Positions 27,700 to 41,020 of a stretch of 64,000 bases of DNA are shown one piece after another. Below the pieces are notes generated by a model. It saw only the letters and a list, made by a program, of their open reading frames with translations, made no database searches and was not told the DNA's origin. Every line of letters starts with the position of its first letter. The stretch's first letter is position 1. The stretch comes from Paramecium tetraurelia (lineage: Eukaryota): the NCBI GenBank assembly GCA_000165425.1, contig CT868430.1:372001-436000 (forward strand). Direction: 5' to 3'. Made by a program: the position numbers and the translations under genes.

Positions 27700-28025
27700 T
27701 TTTTATTATATTTCATATTTATCCCCCTATTTCATCCCCAATTTTTTCTAATGACTTTTTTAAAATGATATTCTGAATCACATTCCATCTTTTTAATTTA
27801 CCCAATTGTATTTCTGAATCCATCCCCAATAACATCTCTTATTTTATATCATGTTTATTCAGTTATATCACCTAAATTAATTATAAAATAGTTTATGATA
27901 TATTTGATGAAATACATATGATAAAATAGGGGATGAAATAAAATGTGATGAAATAGTAATGAAAGAAAGGTGATAAACTAGGGGAAAATGCGAAATTAAT
28001 TACAAATAAAATAGGTGATGAAAAA
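27700..28025. repeat. imperfect inverted repeat of degenerate ~12-bp units
   Basis: tatttcatcccc (27728-27739) is the reverse complement of ggggatgaaata (27929-27940). Further catcccc/atcacct units lie on the left and gatgaaa/ggtgat units on the right. Confidence 0.5.
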
Positions 28026-28519
28026 TTTGAAGAATGTCTATTCTATCTTTTGAGGATATTCACTATGGGGGATACTTAAAATGCATTAAGAATTTTAATG
28101 AAACTTTGGCTATCAATCCATAATATGTGTAAACTTTACATGGCATAGATATAATGGAATCATTTCTTAAAGGTCGAATCCTATTTACAATAGATTATTT
28201 TATCAATACAGGATACGGATTAATTTGAATAGGCAATAAAATACTATGACACAGTTTTCAGTATTAATCCTCAATTTTAAAATTCTTTATATCAATCAAA
28301 GGGGTGTTTAAATCAATTTTTTCAAGGTCAATATGCTTATTCCATATGGATCAATATGAATAGGCTATTGCAATATATCGTTACAAGGTTGATGGCCATC
28401 AGTCGTTAAAATTTTGATGTCTAACATTTCTCAAAAGTACAATGCTTAGTAATTTTTGATCAAGATCAAGAGAAAATTAAATGCTGTGATATTGCACAGC
28501 CTTAACATGCTCTTGTCAT

Positions 28520-28669
28520 NNNNNNNNNNNNNNNNNNNNNNNNNNNNNNNNNNNNNNNNNNNNNNNNNNNNNNNNNNNNNNNNNNNNNNNNNNNNNNNNN
28601 NNNNNNNNNNNNNNNNNNNNNNNNNNNNNNNNNNNNNNNNNNNNNNNNNNNNNNNNNNNNNNNNNNNNN
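28520..28669. other. assembly gap (150 N)
   Basis: Run of N characters. Confidence 0.99.
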
Positions 28670-28788
28670 GGTCAATATGAAGAGGCGATTTAATGCTTTG
28701 AAAACACTTTGAATATTTATGACTTTTTTATTTTTTTAGCTAATAAATTGATCAATATTTTTATAATTAAACTATTCGGTTAAAAAAA

Positions 28789-29337
28789 ATGAACGATGAA
28801 TCACCTAATAGATCAAAAAGCATTGAAATCAATCTAACAAAGATGTTAGATCGAATGAAAAACAATTCATTTCATATGTAGAAAGTATGTGTTGGTGATT
28901 TAATCAATAAAAGTCAAACTCATGTAATTGCTAAACCAATAAGGCAATAAATGACTCCGACACCTGAAGAAAAAGAGAATAAAGAACTTACATTTAAACC
29001 ATAAATTAATGTATTATTATATTCTAAGAAGAAATATCCCAATTATTTAAATCAAACATCCTTTTTAGAGAGAAATGAATAATGGCAAAAAAATAAATTA
29101 CAAAAGCAATAAGAAACAAGCAAAACTTATTTAGAGGAAAAAGAAAAGATTATCAATAAAGAGTGCTCTTTTAAACCCAAAATCACTCCTCATCAATCTG
29201 CCAGACTACCAAGGCAGTAGAAACAATAACCTCAACCAAGCACAAATTCTATCAAGTAATAACCAGTAATACCCAATATAACAATGTAAGCCTTGTAATA
29301 TGAACTAAGAAAATAGTTGCATGGGTTATAATTATGA
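28789..29337 (+). CDS. hypothetical protein with (T/S)FKPxI motifs
   Basis: ELTFKPQIN and ECSFKPKIT repeats. ATG 28789, TGA 29335-29337. Confidence 0.7.
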
Positions 29338-30353
29338 GAAAGATTAATTAATTATAAATTTTCATTTTATTGTTTATGACTGAACAACATTATAACTAAT
29401 AATATAACATAATTATCTATAAATTGTAAATCTATTATTGAGTTAGTTTCAATTAATATTGAGTCTCTATTTCAATATTCTAAATAATTATATAAAAAAA
29501 CAAGATATAAGTTATTTAGCATAAAAAATGGAATAATTTGGAAATTATATGAAATTAGTTGAATATTATTACGCAATACTTGATATATTATTATGAAATG
29601 CCTCCTTTTAATAACTCATTTAAAATCTATTTTAATAATAAATTATTTTGAGTTTGAAGTAGTGGTTTTGATAAGTTTAAAGTATTATTATTATTATTAT
29701 TATTTTGTTAAGATCTATTTCTTTTTGATTTACCAAGAAATATTTTTTTTATTAATATTTTATCACTACAAATTAATGTAATTTTAAATAAGATTAAAGT
29801 AAAAGTTTTAATAATTAAAATATTCATTATATCAGAAGCTGAAATACTTTATCAGATTTACTGTTTTATAGTTTTATTAGAATTATTGTAAAGATTAAAT
29901 TTCTCATTCTAAACACATTTACAATACCCTTCTTTTTTGATACTAATAATTTAGAAATTCTTAATTTTATTACATTGATTCTATTCTTTATTTCTAAATG
30001 TTTACTATAATAATCATTATCTTCATAAATTAATTCCAATTAAATACAATCAAAGTTAAAGTCAAGACAACATAAACTATTTTAATAATTCTTACTGATT
30101 GAAGGTATTCTTTAAAACAACTCTCTAATAACTATTTTAATCAAATCAGAAGGGCTCTGTTACATTAAATAAAAAAATCACGCAATTCTCTTCTAAGAAA
30201 TTTCCATTCTATATTTCTTCGAAATTCTTTTTATTTTCTTATGTTAAGATGTTTAATCATATTAATTGAGCTTATAAGGTTTGAGAATAGCTTAAAATAG
30301 AACTTTTGAGTTGCAATAAAAGAATTTATATGAGCATTATAAAATTAATTAAT

Positions 30354-30827
30354 TCATTTTTTTTCTTTTTCCAAACATTATAATAAGTCATTATATAAGT
30401 AGTTAATGGCATATTTAATTTGTTCTTCATCAGATTCTCTATCATCATCAGATTTCTTCATTTATTATAAACTTATATTTACATGTTTTTATAGGATAGA
30501 TTAGTATTCTTAAGGAATATTTAAATCTTTGTCATCATAGCAGATAAATTACCTTTAAGATTTGTGTTTTTTCAAATTAATCATTGTCTTCATATTACTA
30601 TGATCAATACCTGTTTAGGTTTCTTATGGATTGGTCCTCTTCTTCTAATTGGTGTTTATGCTGCACTAGGAAATGGGTACTCGCTCATAGATACATTCTA
30701 TTTTATAGTGTATAAATAATATATATATAGGAAGAGATATTTATGAGAATTTTGTGGTGAATACCTCTTAACAAGTGACAGACAAGTCTTCTCTCTGTTT
30801 TTGTCTATCAGAATTCCTAGTTTTCAT
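30354..30827 (-). CDS. small hypothetical protein
   Basis: ATG 30827, open frame with probable tiny introns, TGA 30354-30356. Confidence 0.55.
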
Positions 30828-31965
30828 TTTATTAAATATTTTATTCTATAGATCACTATTATAGTTTGTACAACAATCATAATAATAATATTAAATATTC
30901 ATTTTACATTGTTTTGTAAAAAATATCCTTTTTCTTATTCTATTCATTAACTTATTTTTGTTTACCTGCTAATAAAAAAACAATGCATAGATGTATTCAA
31001 ATGCATTTCTCTATGCAGACAATGAAAACCTTTAATAGAACAATTAGTATGAAAAAATTATCCAATTATTTAATATAAAATAAATTATATTTCTAAAATA
31101 GAATATCAATAAACAAACATAATTCCAATTAGGAAATTCAATTATCATCATCATGATGGAAATGGGAAATTCTTCTGCTAAACCATATATATCATTTAAA
31201 AATCTTGTATTTAAAATATTTATTTTTTATAAAACACATAATTCTTTATTTTAAGGTAGAAATTCAAAGGACCTAAATTAGTGAATTCTAGTGTAATATA
31301 TAATTAGTGAAAATAATTACAATTATTTAACAGACTCACTATTAGAAAAATTTGGATCATATTCATTAGTTTTTAAATATCAGATCTAATTTCTTATTAT
31401 GCAGCTCTATTTTTAGTTCTTTCATGATTTAATAAAATAAGTAGAATTCCATGTTGGTTCTTTCCTTCTTTTCATTTCCTCCTCATTTTTCTCTCAAGAG
31501 TTTAATGTTTGCAATTGGAGATGGTGCCTATAATCAATTTGAAACGATCTACTGATAATTTAGACGTCATTATTTCTTAAAAGCCTCTCAATTCCTTATG
31601 AAGTTTTTATTTCAATAATATCAATGAAATATTGTCTTATTATTCTAATTATTCTTTCTTAAAGCGATATTCATGTGTAAATTTAATATGCATATTGTTT
31701 TTCTCTATTTCTTTTTACAGTTTCTACTTTATTTTAAAGAGGTTGAGAAGTGATATTTAATATAATTATTGTTAAAATTTATTAAATTCAGACAGTTTAT
31801 ATGAAATGACATATGTTAATACTTTTTTATACTCCTTTTTTCAAATCCATAGAATGGAATTATATAAAAATTAATCAACACTGTTGAGAACACCTAACTT
31901 CCATGTTAAATTTATGATTAACAAACCTATTAATATTTTTTCAGTAAAATAAAATTTTTGGGGAT

Positions 31966-32760
31966 ATGAGAACATCCGTTGTTTTTATTATATTATTATT
32001 GGCTTTAGCAACCACAAAAAGAGTTGAAACACACAAGAAGGCTGAGACAAAGTATATTCAAGTAACAATATATTATATATAATCAACAGAAAGATGTGAA
32101 ATAAAATGAAGAATTGTCTTATGGAACTTCCTTATTAACCCCAGAGGAATAAAAGAAAGCAGATGATGCTAAAAAGGCAGAAGAAGCAAAGAAGGCTGAA
32201 GAAGCAAAGAAAGCAGAAGAGGCAAAGAAAGCTGAAGAAGCAAAGAAAGCTGAAGAGGCTAAGAAAGCTGAAGAAGCCAAGAAAGCTGAAGAGGCAAAGA
32301 AGACTGAAGAAGCCAAGAAAGCTGAAGAAGCAAAGAAGGCTGAAGAGGCTAAGAAAGCTGAAGAAGCCAAAAAGGCAGAAGATGCTAAGAAAGCTGAAGA
32401 AGCAAAAAAGGCTGAAGATGCCAAGAAGGCTGAGGAAGCTAAGAAAAAGGAGGAAGAATTAAAAAAAAAATAAGAAGGAAAAACTCAGGGCACTAATAAT
32501 GGAAATAATGGAGAGGAAGATGAGAAAGAGAGAAACAAAAGAGCTGAATATCAAGAATGTATCAAGGATGTATGTGCATAATATTTTAAAGATTGCAACG
32601 AAGAGTGTATTGACAGATTAAAAGGCTGTAAATAGAAGGCTATAAATGAGGGACTTGATGCTGTAAAATATGGTTTTAATTGTAGTATAATCAATGTGTA
32701 AAAAATAACGAAAAGGCCAATTCTTTAATAAAATGCATTAAGAGTAATTGTTAAGAGTGA
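31966..32760 (+). CDS. secreted protein with (KKAEEA)n repeats and Cys-rich C-terminus
   Basis: Signal-peptide-like MRTSVVFIILLLLALATT, 16 KKAEEA-type repeats, a C-terminus with several Cys, TGA 32758-32760. Confidence 0.8.
32153..32440 (+). repeat. 18-bp coding tandem repeat x16 (AAG AAA GCT GAA GAA GCN)
   Basis: Direct count of units. Variation is mostly at third codon positions. Confidence 0.95.
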
Positions 32761-32972
32761 AATTATCATAAAATAATATTTACATTTAGTATCTTTTTAA
32801 AATTATTCACATAATTGATTATGAAGTTTTATTAATAAGGATTATTTCTTTTTATTAATATTTTCTTTAGACTTATAAATTACAAAATTTAAGTTTTGAA
32901 TATATATAGAGAGAATGATATTCTACATTACGATAAGTTAGATGATAATGAAATTATTGTATAATTATAAAA

Positions 32973-34471
32973 TCATTAACTTACTAATCCAGCTGGCATA
33001 GAACTTGTGATTGTTGCTAAGGGTTAGAAGCCAAGCTCTTCTGGTGGAATACCAAATTCCACTAATTTTGCCTCATAGACTCTAATTGAATCATTGTATG
33101 CTTTAGTAGCATGATGAATCGAATATCTAAGGTTCTTGACTAATTAGTTTTTAGCTCTAAAAATAATAATATTATTAATTACTCAATAGATTCTTTGATT
33201 TTGATTGTTAATTATTAGTACATTTAGGGATCCATATTGGTTCTTTCTACTATAGTCTTTAATTAAACTTCCTAATAATTATTTCAAAGTATTTACTTTC
33301 TCTTCCAATCCGTCTTACATATTTTGTAATTATTAACCTAATACATTATTTTATAAATCTGTATGTTTTTTAACTTCCATAGCAATTCTTTCAAATTTTT
33401 CTTCCAATTCTTATTTTTCACGTAGTAATTTGTCATACTTAAAATTTAAATCATTGCTATTATGTTTTAATTCTGCATATTTCTCTGTTAAAGTAGTGTT
33501 TTTTGACTGTAAATTTTGTAGTGACATTTTATGCTAAAATAATAATGGGGAATATTACCTTAGAAAATTATTTAAGAGCATTTTTTAATATATCTCTTTC
33601 TTCAGTAGCTTATTTCAAGGGGATTCGAATATTATTGTTGGCGGCCTTCATGTCAGCTATGATTTTGCTATTTTTTTATAATTTGGCATTGATGCTAGCT
33701 ATTTCTTCCTTTTAATTTTTAATCAGTTCTAAATTCTCTCTAGTGATAGTATTATAATATTGTTTAAGTTCAGCAAAGGCTGTTTCATGATTATTAATCA
33801 ACTCGTTGATGTGTAGATTCTTTCTTTCTTCAAGTTCGTGGATTTCTACTTTTAATCTTAGTTCTAATTCTTCTTTAAGTTTTTGAAGTCTCATTTTATA
33901 TTTCTCTTCCATATTTTGTAAAGTTTCATCAAAAACTTGTTTTGATTTATCAAGTGTTTTTTTATTGTTTTTTTCTTCCTTTTCAATAGCATGAATATAT
34001 GAATTTTCATATTCCTCTTATAATTTTTTTAAATGTGTTTTTTATCTTTTCTATTCATCACTTCTCTTAGAAAAATGATCGTTTTCTAAATTATGCGCTT
34101 CCTTTCCATCTTTTTCGATTTCATCATTTGCTTTTTCTTATTCATACTCAAGATGTTTAACCTATCCTGATTGATAGTTATACTTTTTATAAATAGCTTT
34201 TTAATTGGATTCTATGAGTCTCCTCTAATTATTCGGCTTCAGTTTCTTTGTTCACTATTTTAATATTCAGCTCTTAGATTTCTTATAAGCAATTTGAGAA
34301 AAAATTTTGAACCATATCACGATCCATTTGGATATAATTTCTTTTTTGCTTTAATTCAGTTAACTTATCTCTGAATATTTGTAAATTCTATGTAAGCTCT
34401 TAAGCAGTCATCTTAGTAAATTCATCTTCTGGTTCTTGTGGTGCTTTCTTAGGTTTCGGCTTAGGAGGCAT
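32973..34471 (-). CDS. DRC4: dynein regulatory complex subunit 4 (GAS8/trypanin)
   Basis: RNYIQMDRD, LRLKVEIHELEERKNLHINELINNHETAFAELKQYYNTITRENLELIK, YEAKLVEFGIPPEELGF. Confidence 0.92.
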
Positions 34472-34800
34472 TAAGAATAATTAAATAAATATATAATTTA
34501 TAAAATTTGTAATTGAGTATTATATCATTTGATAAATAGGTAACGTTTTACCAGTACCTTACTTATTTAATTGATTTCTTAATAATATTTTTATGTTGTT
34601 CATCATCTAAATAGTTTTAAAAATAATTATGAGTAATAAATCAAACATAGTAATCTAAAGGTTAAAATGAACTCATAGGAGTACATCTATTATGTTATGA
34701 GATTATGTTTGATTCGACATTAATTATCTACATAAAATCAGGAAAATAATAAAATGATCATCATAAATAAACTTTAAAAAAAAATAAATTTTCTATTTTT

Positions 34801-35559
34801 ATGAACCCAATTTGCTCAAATGGCTATGATTACAATAATTTCAAAACAAACAATGGATATCCCTAAATATTAACAAATCATATATCTCCAATAAAGAATA
34901 TCTTAGCACCAAGCAGATAGGAAATATTAATAGATATTCTACAAAGCAAGTTTAATGGATTCATTAAAGATGTTGAGCTAGCCAAATAAAAAATTATCAA
35001 GGTTATTAAAGACTGTTCAGAAAATAATATATTTACTATACAAGACAAACCAATTAATTTTGATGACTACATGAATTTTATAGAAATCAACACCAAAAGC
35101 TATATAAATGAGATTAAAAATCATCACAAACTGACTATAAACTTAATAACCTAGGAGAGCTCTGAAATAACACATTAATCATCATCTTTTGATATGTAAC
35201 AAATGTGTGATAAATGCTAAGTGATGGTTGAAAAAGACTTAGTTTAGTTGGATTGCTTTCATTGTTATCATTAAAAATGTGTAGGGGATTATATCAAAAT
35301 ATAGATTAACAATAATTGCAAAACATTGAGATGCCTTAATTGTCAATAAAAAATAAAAAGCTCAATTCTCAGAAAATTTGTTCCATTTTAGTAAATAGAT
35401 AAAATGTTTAAAGAATAATTAAAATCAATAAAAAATAGTTTCTTACCAAATCAAATCTTTAGCTGCAAGAAGCCTGGGTGTAATTATTTTTGCATTAGGC
35501 TTCATGGAACTAAGGGACCAGTTAGATGTCAAATATGCGAAAGCCTTATAAATAACTGA
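34801..35559 (+). CDS. RING finger protein with C-terminal IBR-like cysteines
   Basis: CDKC..CFHCYHQKC..CLNC, then CKKPGC..CQIC. TGA 35557-35559. Confidence 0.75.
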
Positions 35560-35583
35560 ATATATATATATAACTAAATCATA

Positions 35584-36522
35584 TCAAGCATTTGTTAATT
35601 CAACAGCTAATTCACTTCTTCTATCTATTAACACATTAATGTCTAAGACGTTTGCAGCCCTATAATTGAATTGCTACCTCTGTTTATAATACAGAATATA
35701 ATAAATAGCAATTGGAGATATCATTAGCGTTAGCACTTTCATAATAAATATAACAAATATCTATTTAATAATATTAAATTATTACGCTAGTAATAGACGA
35801 GGCCTCATAATATGATTTACAATCAGCGATAGTATAAGCACTCATATTAGCCCAATAATCCCATCCAAATTGGATAAGACCAGACAACAAGTCACAACCC
35901 AAGAATATTTTAATTTCTAAGGCTTGTTCATCCATCTTATTCTAATCTTCAGGTTTTAATTCTTGCTTTGATATTTATAATTAATCCAGTGCATAAAATC
36001 CAAAACCACTAGCCATCAGAGTCAAAATTACTGTAGTTCCAGATAAATAAACCAAATCCATTTTCAAACAATAATAGCTTAATATTTATCTAATAAATTA
36101 CTCATATTCTTCATTTGAAATAATTGCAGTCCAAAACCATTCTATAAATACAAACCCGCTTAGGATCTTCAAAACGATTTCTAATTTATCTAAAAAGTCT
36201 TTTTCGAATCCTATTTCTGCTAGCAAGGAACATAATAAAATTTCATTCAAAATCCTAAGACATCTAATAGTTGAAATAACAAAATCAGATCCTACAGTTT
36301 TATTGAAAACTTACCCCAAAAGATGAAATAGGCACTAAGCAATATTAATTAACTCATAGATATGCCATAAATAATTTTATTCAATTTCGATAGCAATTTA
36401 TTACGATCTCTAAATATTATTCGGAATCCATTTATTGCCATTATTGAAGATGTAGTGGAGACGGCCACTTCAAGAAAAGCTTCAATGCAGTTTGCACCAT
36501 CACATTAAAATAGTGTTGCCAT
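35584..36522 (-). CDS. multi-pass (about 7 TM) membrane protein
   Basis: Several hydrophobic segments in the code-6 frame. ATG 36522, TGA 35584-35586. Confidence 0.65.
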
Positions 36523-37354
36523 TGTATTTTATTATTTTTATAATTCAATAATTACAGAACTATGTAATTTCAAAATTAAAATCCTTAATCCCTCTTAAGC
36601 ATTGATACTAAAGCTATAATACTCAAAACAATTAATATGTAAATTTACTCCATAACTTGAACTTACAACTTTATTTCTTATAAATATCAACTATAGAAAA
36701 CATTTTGTTTATATTAAAATCAAAACATGAATTTGGAATTATTTAATTAACTCAAATTATCTATATTAATTTGACATGGATCTAGATTATTTAGCCAACA
36801 TGGCGTTAATTTTTGTGTTTTAACAAATCTATTGGAAATAATAATTTAAAAAACTTGACTCTCCAGTGAGTATTCTTTTTTGTTCTAAAAAGCTCCGAAA
36901 AATAAAAACTGTATAAAAATAGATACAATTAAATTATATAAAATTGGATTAATTAAAATTGTCTCCATAAACTCAGATGTTTATTTCTTGTTTTATAAAA
37001 ATGCAAATAAAATAGAATCATCTAGTTGATACTGAAAATAAAATGATAATCAATTTAATAGTTAATATAAGGAAGACTGTAAATTGGAAATGTAGAAACA
37101 AAATAGATACTGGAGATTATTTAATTTCTCTAATGATATATTATTTTTTAAATTTAAAAAGAGAGAGAATAAATAACAGACAAGATTTGTCCTAAGTTTA
37201 TAAATATTAGGCCTACTTGGAACAACAAGATATTCTAGAAACTAAATAATATGTTAATCAAAGAAGAGAATGACTTTAAGATTATGTGGATTTTGCCAAG
37301 TGTTTTATTTAGGAGTAATCATATTGTTTATATTAATATATTTATTTATTAAAT

Positions 37355-39989
37355 ATGGATCCCAGGTCTTAAAACAATTCTGACAATTAGATTCATGGTG
37401 ATGACAATGATGATTAAAGATCAGGCGATGATGGAGTACTAATTTTATCAACTTTAAGGATAAATTACATAATTTCAAACACAACATCAATGAAGGTGGT
37501 GAAGTAATCCATGAGAATGTCAAGAAAATAGATATGAAAAAAACATTAAATGATACTACCTTCATTTTGACTTGCTTAAAAAACCATTTTGTATTTTATA
37601 ATCTGAGTGAAGCTGAACTGTAAAAATGTTTATATATATATTTAATAGTGAGAATATCGTAAACAAGATGTTCTATTGCGAAGCTGCTGCATAAACTTAT
37701 ATCTTCAAATAATAAGATCATGCAACCTGCTTTTTTATTTTATAAAGAGGGAGTTTAGAAGTTATAGTTAATGAAAAGGTATGAGTACTCAATTCAAAAT
37801 TTTAAGGCCAAGAGAGAATTGAAAACTGGAGATGGATTCGGAGAGTTGGCTCTCTTGTACAATGCTCCTCGTTCTGCATCAGTGAAATGTTTTGAGAATT
37901 GTAATCTTTGGGGAATCGATAGAAATACTTTCAGAAGAGCTGTTGAGGAGATGATAACAAAAGAATATGAAGAAAACAGAAAATTTATGGAAGTGGTTAG
38001 ATTTTTTCGTAAGTTCTTTTATAATAAACCTAGATAATTTAACAAATGAGTAGAAGGATGCAATCGCTGCAGTTTTAATTGTACAGAAGTTCTATAAAAA
38101 TTAAATTATTGTAAATGAAGGCGATCCTGGATCTTCATTTTACATAATCAAAGAGGTATAGAAATTCAGTATAATCTTCTAGGGAACAGTGTCGGTTCTT
38201 AAGGGAAACAAAGAAGTTAGAAAACTATATAAGGGTGACTCTTTTGGTGAATAGGCCTTGTATTATAACACTGTCAGATAAATGACTGTTAGAGCAGAGG
38301 ACGACGTTAAGTGTTTGGCATTGGGAAGAGATTCCTTAACAAAGATCTTAGGAGATCAAGTGCATGTTGTCACATTTAGAAATTTATAAAAATGGGCCTT
38401 TGAGAAAAATGCATTATTAAGCAAATTAACCAAAGCCTAAATTGACAAAGTGTTGGATGTGATGAAAATATCTTCATGTAAAGCAGGTGATGTGATTCTG
38501 AAAAAGGGTACTCAAGCCAATCAAAAGATTATTGTCATTATTGAAGGTAGTTTGAAAAAGAGTAAGTCTGGTATTACAGTTGCAACTAAGGCTTAAGCTT
38601 GGGGTGAAGAGTATTTCTTATAGACCAATAAGGCTAAGATGTATAAGATCTAAACAATAATTTAGTTTGGATGATGATATCGTAATGGAAACTGATGGAG
38701 TAATTGCAGAAATTACTGCTGACAATTTTATTGATTGTATTTCAGGTGAATTAGAAGAAGTCATTAAGAAGAATGAGAAAATTCTTGAAAAGAAGTTACA
38801 AAAGTCAGATCAAACTAAAAAGAAGGAAGCTCAAAATATTAAGAAATCAGAGCTGATTCATATCAAAACAATTGCTTATGGTCAATTTGGTCCAGTTTAT
38901 TTAGTTAAAGCTAAATATAATTAACAATTGTATGTCTTGAAGGCTTTCAACAAAAATTAAATTAATGAATAAACTCTTGAAAAGTATTGTTAATTAATAA
39001 ATAATTTAGATATTTACAATAGGAAAAGCAGGTTTTAGAAATTGTCAATTTTCCATTTATCATCTCGTTTATGAAAACATTTAAGGATTCAATGGATGTG
39101 TATTTTCTCCTTGAATATGTGCGAGGAATGGAATTGTTTGATGTGATTAGAGATATCGGTAATTCTTAACATAATATATTCAGGTCTCTTATCAACATAT
39201 GATTCTCAATTTTATGTTGCCTCTATGATTCTAATCACAGAATATCTACATCACCAAAATATCATTTATAGAGACATTAAACCTGAAAATTTCATGGTTG
39301 ACGAAAAAGGATTCCTAAAATTAATAGATTTGGGAACTGCCAAAATAATCAAAGGAAAATAAGGAATTATTCGTACCTACACAATTATAGGAACCCCACA
39401 TTGTATTATCATAATGTTAGTATTTAATAGACATGGCACCAGAAATCATTTGTGGAAAAGGATACAATTGTTTGGTTGATTTATGGTCCATTGGTATATG
39501 TCTCTATGAATTCATGTGCGGAATGGTTCCTTTTGGAGAAGAAGCCGAAGACCCTTATGAAATTTATGAGGAAATCATCAAGAAGGATATTACATATCCT
39601 AATTATTTGAAAGATAAAAAAGCCAAGAAGCTTATGGATTAGTAAAACTGAATTAATAACATTTTAGATTGCTATCTCGAGTTCCTGAAGTGAGATTAGG
39701 AGGATCTTATGCAAGTCTTAAGGGAAATCCTTGGTTTGAAAATTTTGATTGGGTAGTGCTTTGATTGATTAAGTTTAGGAAAAATTGTTAGAAAAAGAGA
39801 TTAAAACACCATACCTACCCCCGGCAGACAAATTGCTACCAGACATAGAAATAAAGTAACTTGAATAAAATGGTAGAATGATTGAGGATGAAATTAAAGT
39901 AAGTATTATATCTACTCAAGTAAGAACAATCCGTAAGACAAATTGATGGCAACAACTAAGGAGATCAAGGATGGGAAAAAGACTTTTGA
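37355..39989 (+). CDS. PKG: cGMP-dependent protein kinase
   Basis: Tandem cNMP domains (FGELALLYNAPRSAS, FGEQALYYNTVR, and a third degenerate one) precede an AGC kinase (YRDIKPEN, DLG, GTPHYMAPE). Ends WEKDF. Confidence 0.93.
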
Positions 39990-40072
39990 AATCTAAAATT
40001 AATATTAGAAAACCACATTCATCAAATATTATACACTTTTCTCTTTCTATTAAAATATATATGCTATCACAT

Positions 40073-40449
40073 TCATTAATCTGATTATTGTTTATTTTCT
40101 GGCAGCTTTCTTTATAAATCTTTTTCAATCATTTATTTTCCTTCCTCAGTGACTTCTAATATGGCAATCAATTTAATCTTTTTTCCACCTTGATCTGGAG
40201 TATATGTTTAGGTCTCTATCTTCTTAATCGTAGCATAATTCTTAGATAGCAACTACATTTTACTTTTCTTGAAAGAGATTCGGCCACTGCTGCCACAGTC
40301 TTTGTAGCCTCACCCAAACCATGCAATTCAACTTTTTCAAATTTATTCAAGAATATTTTGGATAAGAAAATGAATTGACCTGAGGATTTCTTTAATGAAA
40401 TGTTCAAAATTGAATCTTTAGGGTCCAAGGGTTGCTTTTGCTAATCCAT
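40073..40449 (-). CDS. Alba-domain nucleic-acid-binding protein
   Basis: KVELHGLGEATKTVAAVAESL, IKKIET, KIKLIAIL. Confidence 0.85.
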
Positions 40450-41020
40450 AATAATTAATGTTTAAATAAAATATTTAAAATGAATTGCAATAGATACTAA
40501 TTGTCATAACAGATGCCAGAATAAATTACATTAGAAACTTAACAAATGTATAAGGTGGAAAATAGATGGCAGCCATCTTATTTTGAAAACGTAGAGTGTA
40601 TCTATAATATTATTTGTGTTATTTCTAGAAATAATTCTTTTTTGTATAGAATAGTTGAAAACAATAATTATTTTTAAATGGATACTTCTAATCAATGAAT
40701 TCCTTATGTGAAGATAAATAATTGATTCATTCTTACTTAACTCCATTGGATCAGAACCTATCCATTTGTGAATATTTAATGTTTTTATAAATAATCTATT
40801 AATTAAAATTCCTAACAATTTTCCTATATTAATTTATGAAATTATAGAATTTATATAGAAACAATTTTAAGAATGTAAACTTAAAATAAGTAATTTGCAG
40901 AAAAGCATTAGAATAAGAATTATTCTGTGTTATACATTTAATTGGTACCATTAATTTACAACCTAACTATGTTTGTTAGTATTATTTGATTAAGAAAAAT
41001 AATTTTTTTATATATTCTGG

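Larger units (their letters stand above)
27330..28720 (+). pseudogene. degenerate TPR-repeat gene remnant
   Basis: TPR-like fragments LAIDPQDVSFLNSKG, LAINPQYV, FEQAIKYYDTVFSINP and QYEEAIQCFE in inconsistent frames. Spans an N gap. Confidence 0.55.

Noticed and set aside
28456..28680. ORF with X run
   Set aside because: Artefact of the N gap.
29593..29781. Poly-Tyr ORF / (TAT)n microsatellite
   Set aside because: Short AT-rich intergenic microsatellite with no coding signal.
32153..32440. Possible CRISPR-like array
   Set aside because: Contiguous coding repeats without spacers, in a eukaryotic gene.
32119..32462. ORF-track (ASSAFF)n antisense ORF and K/R-rich alternative-frame ORF
   Set aside because: Shadows of the KKAEEA repeat. 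Only the KKAEEA frame links to the signal peptide and shows synonymous variation.
36960..37310. Coding-like remnants upstream of PKG
   Set aside because: Possibly a decayed gene, but there is no recognisable motif or sustained frame.
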